DNA of 64,000 bases from Bacteroidota bacterium (GTDB taxonomy: Bacteria > Bacteroidota > Ignavibacteria > Kapaibacteriales > Kapaibacteriaceae), in assembly GCA_041170435.1 (NCBI GenBank), contig JBEAYU010000045.1:7975-71974 (forward strand), given 5' to 3'. Shown piece after piece: positions 9,740 through 16,894 of the stretch. Positions within the stretch are counted from its first letter, which is position 1; each line of letters opens with the position of its first letter. A model generated the notes under the pieces. It had not been told where the DNA came from. It did not search any database and was given only the letters and a program-made list of their open reading frames with translations. Made by a program: the position numbers and the translations under genes.

Positions 9740-9910
9740 ATGCCACCATGCGTTGAATGTCATTACCCGTATGCCACATCGTCGAAGTGCAAGAATTGCG
9801 GGTGCACAAATCCGATGGGCAAGGAGGAAAAAGAAGGATGTCTAAGTACAATTCTTGGATGGCTGTTTGCTGCTGCAATCGTGTACGGTGTCATTAGGTA
9901 CTTTAGTTAG
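9740..9910 (+). CDS. Small zinc-ribbon protein with C-terminal TM helix
   Basis: MPPCVECHYPYATSSKCKNCGC gives a CxxC...CxxC pattern, followed by a TM helix (ILGWLFAAAIVYGVI). AAGGAG lies 7 nt upstream of the ATG at 9740. The listed TTG start at 9719 is less likely. Confidence 0.55.
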   Translation: MPPCVECHYPYATSSKCKNCGCTNPMGKEEKEGCLSTILGWLFAAAIVYGVIRYFS

Positions 9911-10103
9911 AATAGTCGTCAGTCTGATACTGCGCGTGTTCGATGCTTCGGCTAATGATCAATCAGTTAACGTGCTAGTGTCGAATGATATGCCGATCGC
10001 ATGTCGCATTAGAGAATGAAAACAAGCAGCCTCGCAAAGCAATACTGAACAGAAAATCAACCAAACATCAACCGTAACTTAACACTTGTTAGAGGAGTGA
10101 AAA

Positions 10104-10544
10104 ATGAAGTCATACAACCTGACCTGGACAGCAACCGTGGTTTGTGCGTTTATGCTATTCATGACATCTCATATGCTAGCTCAGAGCGTGCGCGTTAAGA
10201 ATCGTAATGGTGAAGCTGTTGTGTATGTCGACGGTTCTACGCTTCGCGAACGAAATCGTAACGGGGAAGCTTTGTACTATCTCGATGGTCAAACTATCCG
10301 ACAACGCAATCGAAATGGCGAGGCAGTGTATTACATCGACGGTAACGTCGTGAAAGAACGAAACCGTAATGGTCAAGCGCTGTTTTACTTTGACGAAATG
10401 ACGATTAGGACGCAATCCAGAAACGGAGAAGCACTTTACTTTATTGATGGCAATACATTGCGCTATAAGAATCGAAACGGAGAAGCTGCCTACTACTTTG
10501 ATGGGCTGCCAGAAAAGTGGGTTATAGCATGCCTTATGCGCTGA
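10104..10544 (+). CDS. Secreted protein made of six 18-residue tandem repeats (RNRNGEALYYxDGxTxRx)
   Basis: Signal peptide ending MLAQS. Six NG-EA-YY-DG repeats. The DNA copies have diverged mostly at synonymous sites. GGAG lies upstream of the ATG. Confidence 0.75.
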   Translation: MKSYNLTWTATVVCAFMLFMTSHMLAQSVRVKNRNGEAVVYVDGSTLRERNRNGEALYYLDGQTIRQRNRNGEAVYYIDGNVVKERNRNGQALFYFDEMTIRTQSRNGEALYFIDGNTLRYKNRNGEAAYYFDGLPEKWVIACLMR

Positions 10545-10598
10545 TATTGCCTAGATTCTTTTAGAGGGCATAGTTGCAACCTTCCTATCAAAGTCATC

Positions 10599-11297
10599 AT
10601 GAAAGCACTGTCGGCACATCGACCGATTCATAAGATTGAAGCAACATTCTCCAGGGTAAGGCCGTCTCATGCAAAGAGACACGCCATTTTCGCGAATCGT
10701 TCGCAGTCAATACATAACTTTATCCTCAAGGCTATCATAAAAACGACGCAATTGGTAAGAAGTATTCATCTTGTAGTTGTCTTGGTGCTGTTCGTGATCA
10801 TTGTCATCGATTATCCAGCACTAGCGTTCGCCGGAAGAGACACGATCGAAGTGTCATACGCGAAGACGCCTGATATCTCTGTCGCTGGTGTCTATATGGA
10901 CGTGACACAGAAGATAGCTTTCGACGAACATCGCCAAATCTCTTTTCTTAAGACAAACGATCTGGCATTGTACAAGAAGTTCAAGGATGCTATCGATACC
11001 GTGGCGTTGCGGCGCACCGACCCCAATGAGATTGTCGCAATAGTGCGTAGGCACGGAGGCTCGCCCTACGAATTGCAGTACGTGAGGCTTGCATTGACTA
11101 TCATGACAGACAGGTTAGAGCGATTCAGGACGCCGTACAGAGTTAAAATGGTAATTGATGAGCATGGATTCCTTGAGCACCTCGAATGCAGAGGATTTAT
11201 GCTTCTTTCAGATGGATTCGTTCTGAAGAAGCCCTTCCTAGATCTATACAAAGTGCATCGGTCCCACCTCGAAAAGTTCGAGCCTGTCGAGCGGTAG
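10599..11297 (+). CDS. Hypothetical membrane-anchored protein (232 aa)
   Basis: ORF with one TM helix (IHLVVVLVLFVIIVIDYPALAFA). No recognisable domain. Start codon uncertain. Confidence 0.5.
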   Translation: MKALSAHRPIHKIEATFSRVRPSHAKRHAIFANRSQSIHNFILKAIIKTTQLVRSIHLVVVLVLFVIIVIDYPALAFAGRDTIEVSYAKTPDISVAGVYMDVTQKIAFDEHRQISFLKTNDLALYKKFKDAIDTVALRRTDPNEIVAIVRRHGGSPYELQYVRLALTIMTDRLERFRTPYRVKMVIDEHGFLEHLECRGFMLLSDGFVLKKPFLDLYKVHRSHLEKFEPVER

Positions 11298-11393
11298 ATC
11301 TATCTTCCCGTATTGTACGTCACCCTAGCAGAAGCCAATAGCACAGCTTTGCACAGTGCTTTATCGAGGCCAACCGAATTGATGTTCGCCGGG

Positions 11394-11636
11394 CGTCATC
11401 CCGAGGAGGCCCGAACCGAAACCCAGAGCGAAGCGAAAGGGCAGTGAGGGGCGACGAGGGACCTCGCGATGAAGATGGATCCCGGCCTGCGCCGGGATGA
11501 CGGGGGTGCGCGATGAAGATGGATCCCGGCTTGCCCCCTCATTCCCATGGCTGAAGCCATGGGCAATTGTGCATTGAGATGGATCCCGGCCTGCGCCCTC
11601 GCTTCGCTCGGCGCTTCGGCCTAGGGATGATGGAGA
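11394..11636. repeat. Repeat cluster B: nested MITE-like palindromic composite
   Basis: The outer imperfect inverted arms are tcatcccgaggaggcccgaa...gagcgaagcgaaagggc (11394-11444) and gccctcgcttcgctc...ttcggcctagggatga (11592-11636). They enclose atggatcccggcctgcgccgggatgac (11475-11501), truncated copies at 11518-11530 and 11578-11600, and cccatggctgaagccatggg (11544-11563). Confidence 0.85.
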
Positions 11637-11640
11637 GTCA

Positions 11641-12240
11641 CTACTCCGGCGTCGTTCCATCCCAGAGGATGAAGCGCAGGGTGGAGCGGCGGGGGTCGCC
11701 GAGGAGGGGGAAGCGGGAGTTATCGCGCTTGCCCATGTCGAGGTCATCGTGTTCATCCTTCCAGTCGCCGACGATCTTCTTGGCCTCTAAGCGCCACTGT
11801 TCGATCTTGTCTTGGTTGGCATCGAAAAGTTCACGGAGTTTTGTCCGAGAACGCTTGGCAATGGGTTTCACCTGCTCGACAATGCGCTTGTATTCATCGC
11901 GGTGCTTGCTGCGCAGATCCTTGAGACGATCCCGAAGTTCGGCGCGACCACCGCGCTCGAAGTTGGATTTGAGTGACTGCATGTCCTTACGTACGTCGTT
12001 GCGAAGGCGCTTGGCATCGGCACGCAGCCTTGTGAGTGTGGCCATATCCTCACGAGAGAGGGAGGCGTCGTACTCGGTGTGCATGCGGCTGACGGTTGGC
12101 AGGACCTCGCGCTCGTACCATGAGCGGAGGTCGGAGCGGAGTTCCTTGACGGCCTCACGGCGCTTCGAGCGCTGGTCCTGCGCGTTGGACGTTGCAGCGA
12201 GAGCTATTGAGGCCAGAACGATCAAGAGGATGCGTGTCAT
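11641..12240 (-). CDS. Hypothetical secreted, highly charged helical protein
   Basis: Signal peptide MTRILLIVLASIALAATSNAQ followed by Lys/Arg/Glu-rich, helix-prone sequence. Preferred over the overlapping + strand ORF 11567-12343, which is Arg/Ser-rich low complexity. Confidence 0.55.
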   Translation of the reverse strand: MTRILLIVLASIALAATSNAQDQRSKRREAVKELRSDLRSWYEREVLPTVSRMHTEYDASLSREDMATLTRLRADAKRLRNDVRKDMQSLKSNFERGGRAELRDRLKDLRSKHRDEYKRIVEQVKPIAKRSRTKLRELFDANQDKIEQWRLEAKKIVGDWKDEHDDLDMGKRDNSRFPLLGDPRRSTLRFILWDGTTPE

Positions 12241-12300
12241 GTGTCTTTCTCCATGGTGTGAACAGGGCGCAAGACCCCGATCGCCAGCGAATGGTTTAAG

Positions 12301-13011
12301 CTATTCCGACTCGTATGCTCGCTTGCGGGCAAGACGCGCCTGACGTCGGCGGGGAAAGTCGTTGTCACGCATGCGACGCTGGAGGATGATCAGCACCTCC
12401 GTCAGTGACCGATACGTGTGGTGCGGGATGCCCTCCTCCGTGCACGATGCCGCAAGCGTCCCCTTGGCAAACACCACGTCAGCATAGCGCACCGCACAGG
12501 CGTCCGACAAGCCATCGCCCACGTAGATCACCACGTCATCGTCGCCGATCGCCGACAAGATCACGTTGCGCTTGCAGGAAGCACAAAAGCACGAGCAGGA
12601 TTCGCTCGCACCAGGAAATGCCGGCTTCCACGAGCCCCCTTCATACGAAAGCGTATTGCTCGCAATGGGGATTGCAGCGTCGCCAAGTTCACGTTTGAGC
12701 AGGGGGCGGATATAGACGTCGAACCCGTCGCTGACCACGGTGGCGGGGATGTTGTTCTCTCGACTCCATGCGAGTAAAGGGGCGAGTCCGGCATCGATTT
12801 CCTGACGCTGGACAAACTCTTCCATGGCTTCGGGAGTTGCCTCGGGACGGAAGCTGCCGATGGCGCGGCGGTAGTACTCGGCAACGGTGAATTCTCCGGC
12901 CAAGAGTTCGTCGTGCAAGATGTCGAATGACCCGAACGTGCCGACGAGTTTATCGCCAACATCTCCGATGCTGATCGTTCCGTCGAAGTCGAGAAACAGG
13001 TGCAGACGCAT
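12301..13011 (-). CDS. HAD-IB family phosphatase (MtnX / phosphoserine-phosphatase-like)
   Basis: The N-terminal motif FLDFDGTIS carries the nucleophile DxD. Also present: a Cys cluster (CSCFCASCKRN) and a C-terminal YVGDGLSD motif. Confidence 0.75.
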   Translation of the reverse strand: MRLHLFLDFDGTISIGDVGDKLVGTFGSFDILHDELLAGEFTVAEYYRRAIGSFRPEATPEAMEEFVQRQEIDAGLAPLLAWSRENNIPATVVSDGFDVYIRPLLKRELGDAAIPIASNTLSYEGGSWKPAFPGASESCSCFCASCKRNVILSAIGDDDVVIYVGDGLSDACAVRYADVVFAKGTLAASCTEEGIPHHTYRSLTEVLIILQRRMRDNDFPRRRQARLARKRAYESE

Positions 13012-13014
13012 GCG

Positions 13015-13884
13015 TCAGGATTGGTACACGTAGAAGCCCCGTCCGGCTGACTTTCCGGACCAACCGGCGCGCATCATCTGCTTGAGCAGCACGCACGGAC
13101 GATACCGCTCTTGCTCGTACTCGCGCCGCAGTCCATCCAGGATCAGCGTGATGACGCCAATGCCGATCTCGTCGGCCCAGGCCAGAAGCCCCTTCGGATA
13201 GTTCACGCCGAGCATCATGGCCTTGTCGATGTCTTCCGGTGTGGCAAGCCCCTCCATCACGGCAAAGGCGGCCTCGTTGATGAGCATCGCAAGGACGCGC
13301 ATCTGCACCAGGGCGACGCGGTCCTGAACCAGCTCAATGGTGAACCCGAGACGTCGCAGAAGCAACGAGGCCTGCTCGATGTGATAGGACTCGGTGTTCA
13401 GTCCGGCCGACATGTCCATGGTCGGGAGGGTTGACATGACGCTTGGCGCCAAGCCCACCCCAACGATGCGGCGGGCGGTGTTGGTCAAGAGGCCAAGCTC
13501 GGTCGCCGTGGTGGTGAGTGCACTCACGATGACGGTAGCTGCCGGGTTGACTGATGCCGCGACATCGACGGCCATGCGGTGATCGGAATGCGACGAGATC
13601 GACAGGTCAACAATGTGGGTGAAGGCGCTGACGTGCTCCCGAAGATCCCAGATCACTGCGTCAGCGAAGTCTCCATACTCGTCAGAGTTGAAGTCGCTCA
13701 TTGATGGTAACGCCGGCTCGAGCTCTGACCCAATCTCGAACTCGTCAATCGAATCGATTGCCGGAAGGATTGAGAATCGGACGCCGGAGCGCTTCATGAT
13801 CGCCGCAAACTCCAGTACGAAGTCGAGGTCACCCGTCAACAAGACTTGCACGGAGTCTGCGTCGTGAATGTCGTATACGTTCAT
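13015..13884 (-). CDS. 3-hydroxyacyl-CoA dehydrogenase family protein (apparently degenerate active site)
   Basis: The C-terminal domain is clear (LINEAAFAVMEGLATPEDIDKAMMLGVNYPKGLLAWADEIG...GRGFYVY). Start moved to the ATG at 13884 to avoid overlapping cdsA. The N-terminal Rossmann glycine motif is not recognisable. Confidence 0.7.
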   Translation of the reverse strand: MNVYDIHDADSVQVLLTGDLDFVLEFAAIMKRSGVRFSILPAIDSIDEFEIGSELEPALPSMSDFNSDEYGDFADAVIWDLREHVSAFTHIVDLSISSHSDHRMAVDVAASVNPAATVIVSALTTTATELGLLTNTARRIVGVGLAPSVMSTLPTMDMSAGLNTESYHIEQASLLLRRLGFTIELVQDRVALVQMRVLAMLINEAAFAVMEGLATPEDIDKAMMLGVNYPKGLLAWADEIGIGVITLILDGLRREYEQERYRPCVLLKQMMRAGWSGKSAGRGFYVYQS

Positions 13885-13912
13885 CGCCCACGAAACTACG
13901 TAGCTTCGCACT

Positions 13913-14794
13913 ATGACGAACCTCACAAAACGCATCGCCGTGGCCGCCGTAGGCATACCGCTGGCCGTCGGCGTCGTCTATCTGGGCGGCTGGTTCTTCA
14001 CGGCCGCAATCACGCTTATCGCCCTGCAAGCTCTTCGAGAGTTCTATCACCTTGCCGAGTCCAAGCACGCCAGCCCGAATAAAAACGTTGGCCTTGTGTG
14101 GCTGTTGATTCTTTTGCTCGAAGTTGGTCTACACACGATCGGCGAAGGGGGATGGGGCATCTTTGGCGTGACATCCGTGGTAAGCCTACTGATGATGGTC
14201 GGCACCATTCTGACGTTGTCTTTCGAGTTGTTCCGCGCTCGTGAGAACGCCATTCTTAACACGTCTCTGACGGCCTTTGGCGTGCTGTATATCGGTCTGT
14301 GCATGGCGCCGCTGATCGTGCTCAGGAATGTTGACCAGATTGATTTGCAGGGGTCATGGGGCGATACAGGAGCGGCCCTTGTTCTTACGCTCTTTGTATC
14401 GGTGTGGCTTGCTGACACCGGTGCGTACTTCGTCGGCCTCTCCTTCGGCAAGCACAAGCTCTTCCCGCGCGTAAGTCCAAAGAAATCCTGGGAGGGCGCC
14501 ATCGGAGGGTTGGTATCCTCGACGCTAGCCTTCTGGGGAATGAGTTCGTGGTTGCTTCCCAATGTTTCGCCGATCACAGCGATCATCTGCGGCATTGCGA
14601 TCGGCATCGTCGGCCCTATTGGAGATCTCGCCGAATCACTGTTGAAACGTGACGCCGTCGTGAAGGATTCGAGTGGGATTCTTCCGGGCCACGGTGGTTT
14701 GTTTGATCGTTTTGACTCGATGCTCTTTGCTGCCCCGGTAGTGTTCATCATACTCTATGCTACTCAGATCATGAACACCCTCGGAGTTCGCTAG
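13913..14794 (+). CDS. cdsA: Phosphatidate cytidylyltransferase
   Basis: CTP_transf_1 signature SPKKSWEGAIGG...GDLAESLLKRDAVVKDSSGILPGHGGLFDRFDS. Polytopic membrane protein. Confidence 0.9.
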   Translation: MTNLTKRIAVAAVGIPLAVGVVYLGGWFFTAAITLIALQALREFYHLAESKHASPNKNVGLVWLLILLLEVGLHTIGEGGWGIFGVTSVVSLLMMVGTILTLSFELFRARENAILNTSLTAFGVLYIGLCMAPLIVLRNVDQIDLQGSWGDTGAALVLTLFVSVWLADTGAYFVGLSFGKHKLFPRVSPKKSWEGAIGGLVSSTLAFWGMSSWLLPNVSPITAIICGIAIGIVGPIGDLAESLLKRDAVVKDSSGILPGHGGLFDRFDSMLFAAPVVFIILYATQIMNTLGVR

Positions 14795-15732
14795 TGTCGG
14801 GCCATCATCATGAGCATGGTCATGATCATCACCATCATGGCCACCACCACGGGCATATCCATGAGCATTCGGACATTCGCCCCCTTCGCATTGCCGTAAC
14901 ACTCACCTCGGTGGTCTTTATCGCGCAGGTTGTCGGGGGCTTTCTCTCGGGTAGCCTCGCGCTGCTATCGGATGCGGGGCATGTGCTCGTCGACCTTGCA
15001 TCGCTACTCATTGCCTTCTTCGGGTTGCGCTTTGCCGCCAAGGCAAGGGGCGAGCATGATGTGCGCTATACGTTTGGGTTGCGCCGCGTGGAGATCCTGG
15101 CAGCACTCACAAACGGATTCTTGCTGATCGGCATCTGCATCTACATCGTCATTGAAGCGGTCAAGCGCATGGTAGGGCATGGTCACAGCCACGTCGACTC
15201 AGACCTGATGCTCTGGGTGGCCGTCGTTGGCTTTGTGGCCAACGCGATCAGCGCCATCTACCTGCACAAGTCCGAGCACATTACCACGCGCAGCGCATAT
15301 CTGCACGTGATGACGGACCTGATGTCGAGTCTTGGTGTGATCATCGCCGCTGTTGTGATCGAACTCACGGGCTGGGAGTTGATCGACCCGATCATTTCGA
15401 TCGCGATCGCCGTGATGATCACCCGCGGAGCCATTCGTGTGATCCGTCAAGCAGGGGTGATCCTTATGGAATCAGCCCCCTCGCAGATCTCTCCCGTCGA
15501 ACTTCGTGAGCGCGTCAGCTCCTTGCCCGGCATTGTCGATGTTCATGATGTCCATGTTTGGCAACTCGGCATGAACGAGTTCACGGCATCGTTGCACGTT
15601 GTCAGCGACGATCCTGCTGACGATGTGATCACACGTGTACGGCAGATGCTGAGCTCTACCTATGGTCTGTCTCACGTTACTGTTCAGGTGGAATCAACGG
15701 CGGCCGAGAGGGGAGAATGCGGCGCATGCTAA
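14794..15732 (+). CDS. Cation diffusion facilitator (CzcD/ZitB-like) metal efflux transporter
   Basis: His-rich N-terminus (HHHEHGHDHHHHGHHHGH), six TM helices, HVLVDLAS and HVMTDLMSS metal-site motifs, C-terminal cytoplasmic domain. Confidence 0.88.
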   Translation: MSGHHHEHGHDHHHHGHHHGHIHEHSDIRPLRIAVTLTSVVFIAQVVGGFLSGSLALLSDAGHVLVDLASLLIAFFGLRFAAKARGEHDVRYTFGLRRVEILAALTNGFLLIGICIYIVIEAVKRMVGHGHSHVDSDLMLWVAVVGFVANAISAIYLHKSEHITTRSAYLHVMTDLMSSLGVIIAAVVIELTGWELIDPIISIAIAVMITRGAIRVIRQAGVILMESAPSQISPVELRERVSSLPGIVDVHDVHVWQLGMNEFTASLHVVSDDPADDVITRVRQMLSSTYGLSHVTVQVESTAAERGECGAC

Positions 15733-16268
15733 CAACCGCTCGAGTTGACCCGTGGCTGCGGGCTTTCGTTGGCACGACATTCGTTGCTGCCGTGGTGCAG
15801 CTGATTCTCTCCAATGGCGATACGTTCACTGCGCGCCCCTTTGAGAGAATCTTCTCCAGCGTCGGTGTTGCAAGCGTGTATGCGTGCTACATGGCCGGAC
15901 GCTATTTCGGCACCAACAAGGCTAAGGCTGCACAGGGGGTATTCCTCTTCTGCGGGCTTTTCGCGTTGCTGCTCTCCGGCGCTCGCATGGCCGACACGGC
16001 GCTCGCCGAGTACTTGGTCTCAGCCCAGATCCTCGTACACGTAGCCTTGTCTATGATGTTCATCGGTATCAACGCCGGACTCAGCGGAGCTCTGGCCATG
16101 AATATCCTGCGCGTGCGCTCAGGACGTCGCAGCGGCATCCTCGAGATCCTCTCCGGCATCTCTGTTTCGCTGATGATGCTCTCGGTCCTCTTCCCGTGGC
16201 CGCATGAGATCCATGCTCCCGCCTGCGCCTTGATAACGGCTGTCTTTCAGCTCCTCGCACGACGATAA
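15717..16268 (+). CDS. Hypothetical polytopic membrane protein
   Basis: 183-aa ORF with about 5 predicted TM helices. 16-nt overlap with the CDF gene. No recognisable domain. Confidence 0.5.
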   Translation: MRRMLTTARVDPWLRAFVGTTFVAAVVQLILSNGDTFTARPFERIFSSVGVASVYACYMAGRYFGTNKAKAAQGVFLFCGLFALLLSGARMADTALAEYLVSAQILVHVALSMMFIGINAGLSGALAMNILRVRSGRRSGILEILSGISVSLMMLSVLFPWPHEIHAPACALITAVFQLLARR

Positions 16269-16280
16269 GGGGGCGCCTTT

Positions 16281-16306
16281 GTCATTCCCGCGAACGCGGG
16301 AATCCA
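16281..16306. repeat. REP-like hairpin (gtcattcccgcgaacgcgggaatcca)
   Basis: Same family as 3352-3378 and 21796-21822. Confidence 0.9.
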
Positions 16307-16328
16307 CACAACCGTATCTTCATCGCGC

Positions 16329-16513
16329 ATGGATCCCCGCTTTCGCGGGGATGACGAGGATGGATCCCCGCTTTCGCGGGGAAGACGAGGATGGATCCCC
16401 GCTTTCGCGGGGATGACGAGGATGGATCCCCGCTTTCGCGGGGATGACGAGGATGGATCCCCGCTTTCGCAGGGATGACGAGGATGGATCCCCGCTTTCG
16501 CAGGGATGACGAT
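16329..16513. repeat. Six contiguous 31-bp tandem units, each a hairpin (atggatCCCCGCtttcGCGGGGatgacgagg)
   Basis: Units start at 16329, 16360, 16391, 16422, 16453 and 16484. Units 5-6 share a stem mismatch (gcaggg) and unit 2 has gaagac. There are no spacers between units. Confidence 0.95.
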
Positions 16514-16517
16514 TGTA

Positions 16518-16552
16518 CCTGTAACCTGTAACCTGTAACCTGTAACCTGACC
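16518..16552. repeat. Heptamer array (CCTGTAA x4 plus CCTGACC) ending at the ATG of the next gene
   Basis: Direct reading. It is the reverse complement of the GGTTACA unit at 3298-3339. The ATG at 16553 follows immediately. Confidence 0.95.
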
Positions 16553-16882
16553 ATGTCCTACTACAACCCCACCGACCTGCCCAAGTTTGGCAACATCAGT
16601 CAGTACCAGCCGGAGCTGGCTGCGAAGTTCTTTGAATGGTATGGCGCCGTGTTTGAAGAGGGGGCGCTGACGCAGCGGGAGAAGTCGCTGATCGCTTTGG
16701 CCGTTGCACATGCGGTGCAGTGTCCGTATTGCATCGACGCCTACACGACGGACAGCTTGCAGAAGGGGTCGACGGAGCAGATGATGATGGAGGCAGTGCA
16801 TGTGGCTGCAGCCATCCGCGGTGGAGCGTCGATGGTGCACGCCGTGCAGATGATGAACAAGGTCAACGAAGTGTCGATGTAG
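16553..16882 (+). CDS. AhpD-like / carboxymuconolactone decarboxylase family protein (arsenosugar-biosynthesis-associated peroxidase-like type)
   Basis: REKSLIALAVAHAVQCPYCIDAYT carries the CxxC of the AhpD fold. About 109 aa. Lies immediately upstream of an ArsS-type radical SAM gene, as I recall for this family. Confidence 0.75.
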   Translation: MSYYNPTDLPKFGNISQYQPELAAKFFEWYGAVFEEGALTQREKSLIALAVAHAVQCPYCIDAYTTDSLQKGSTEQMMMEAVHVAAAIRGGASMVHAVQMMNKVNEVSM

Positions 16883-16894
16883 GCCCCCTGACCC

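Noticed and set aside
11567-12343. 258-aa + strand ORF overlapping the secreted helical protein gene
   Set aside because: It starts inside the repeat cluster and has an extreme Arg/Ser composition. The opposite-strand ORF has a proper signal peptide and sensible composition.
3226-15410. HIP1-like octamer GCGATCGC as an iterated palindrome
   Set aside because: I found only two copies (3226-3233 and 15403-15410), which is not enriched.
16329-16513. Regularly spaced palindromic 31-bp repeats that look at first like a CRISPR array
   Set aside because: The units are strictly contiguous with no unique spacers between them, the period equals the repeat length, and no cas genes are nearby. I treat it as a tandem hairpin (REP-like) array.
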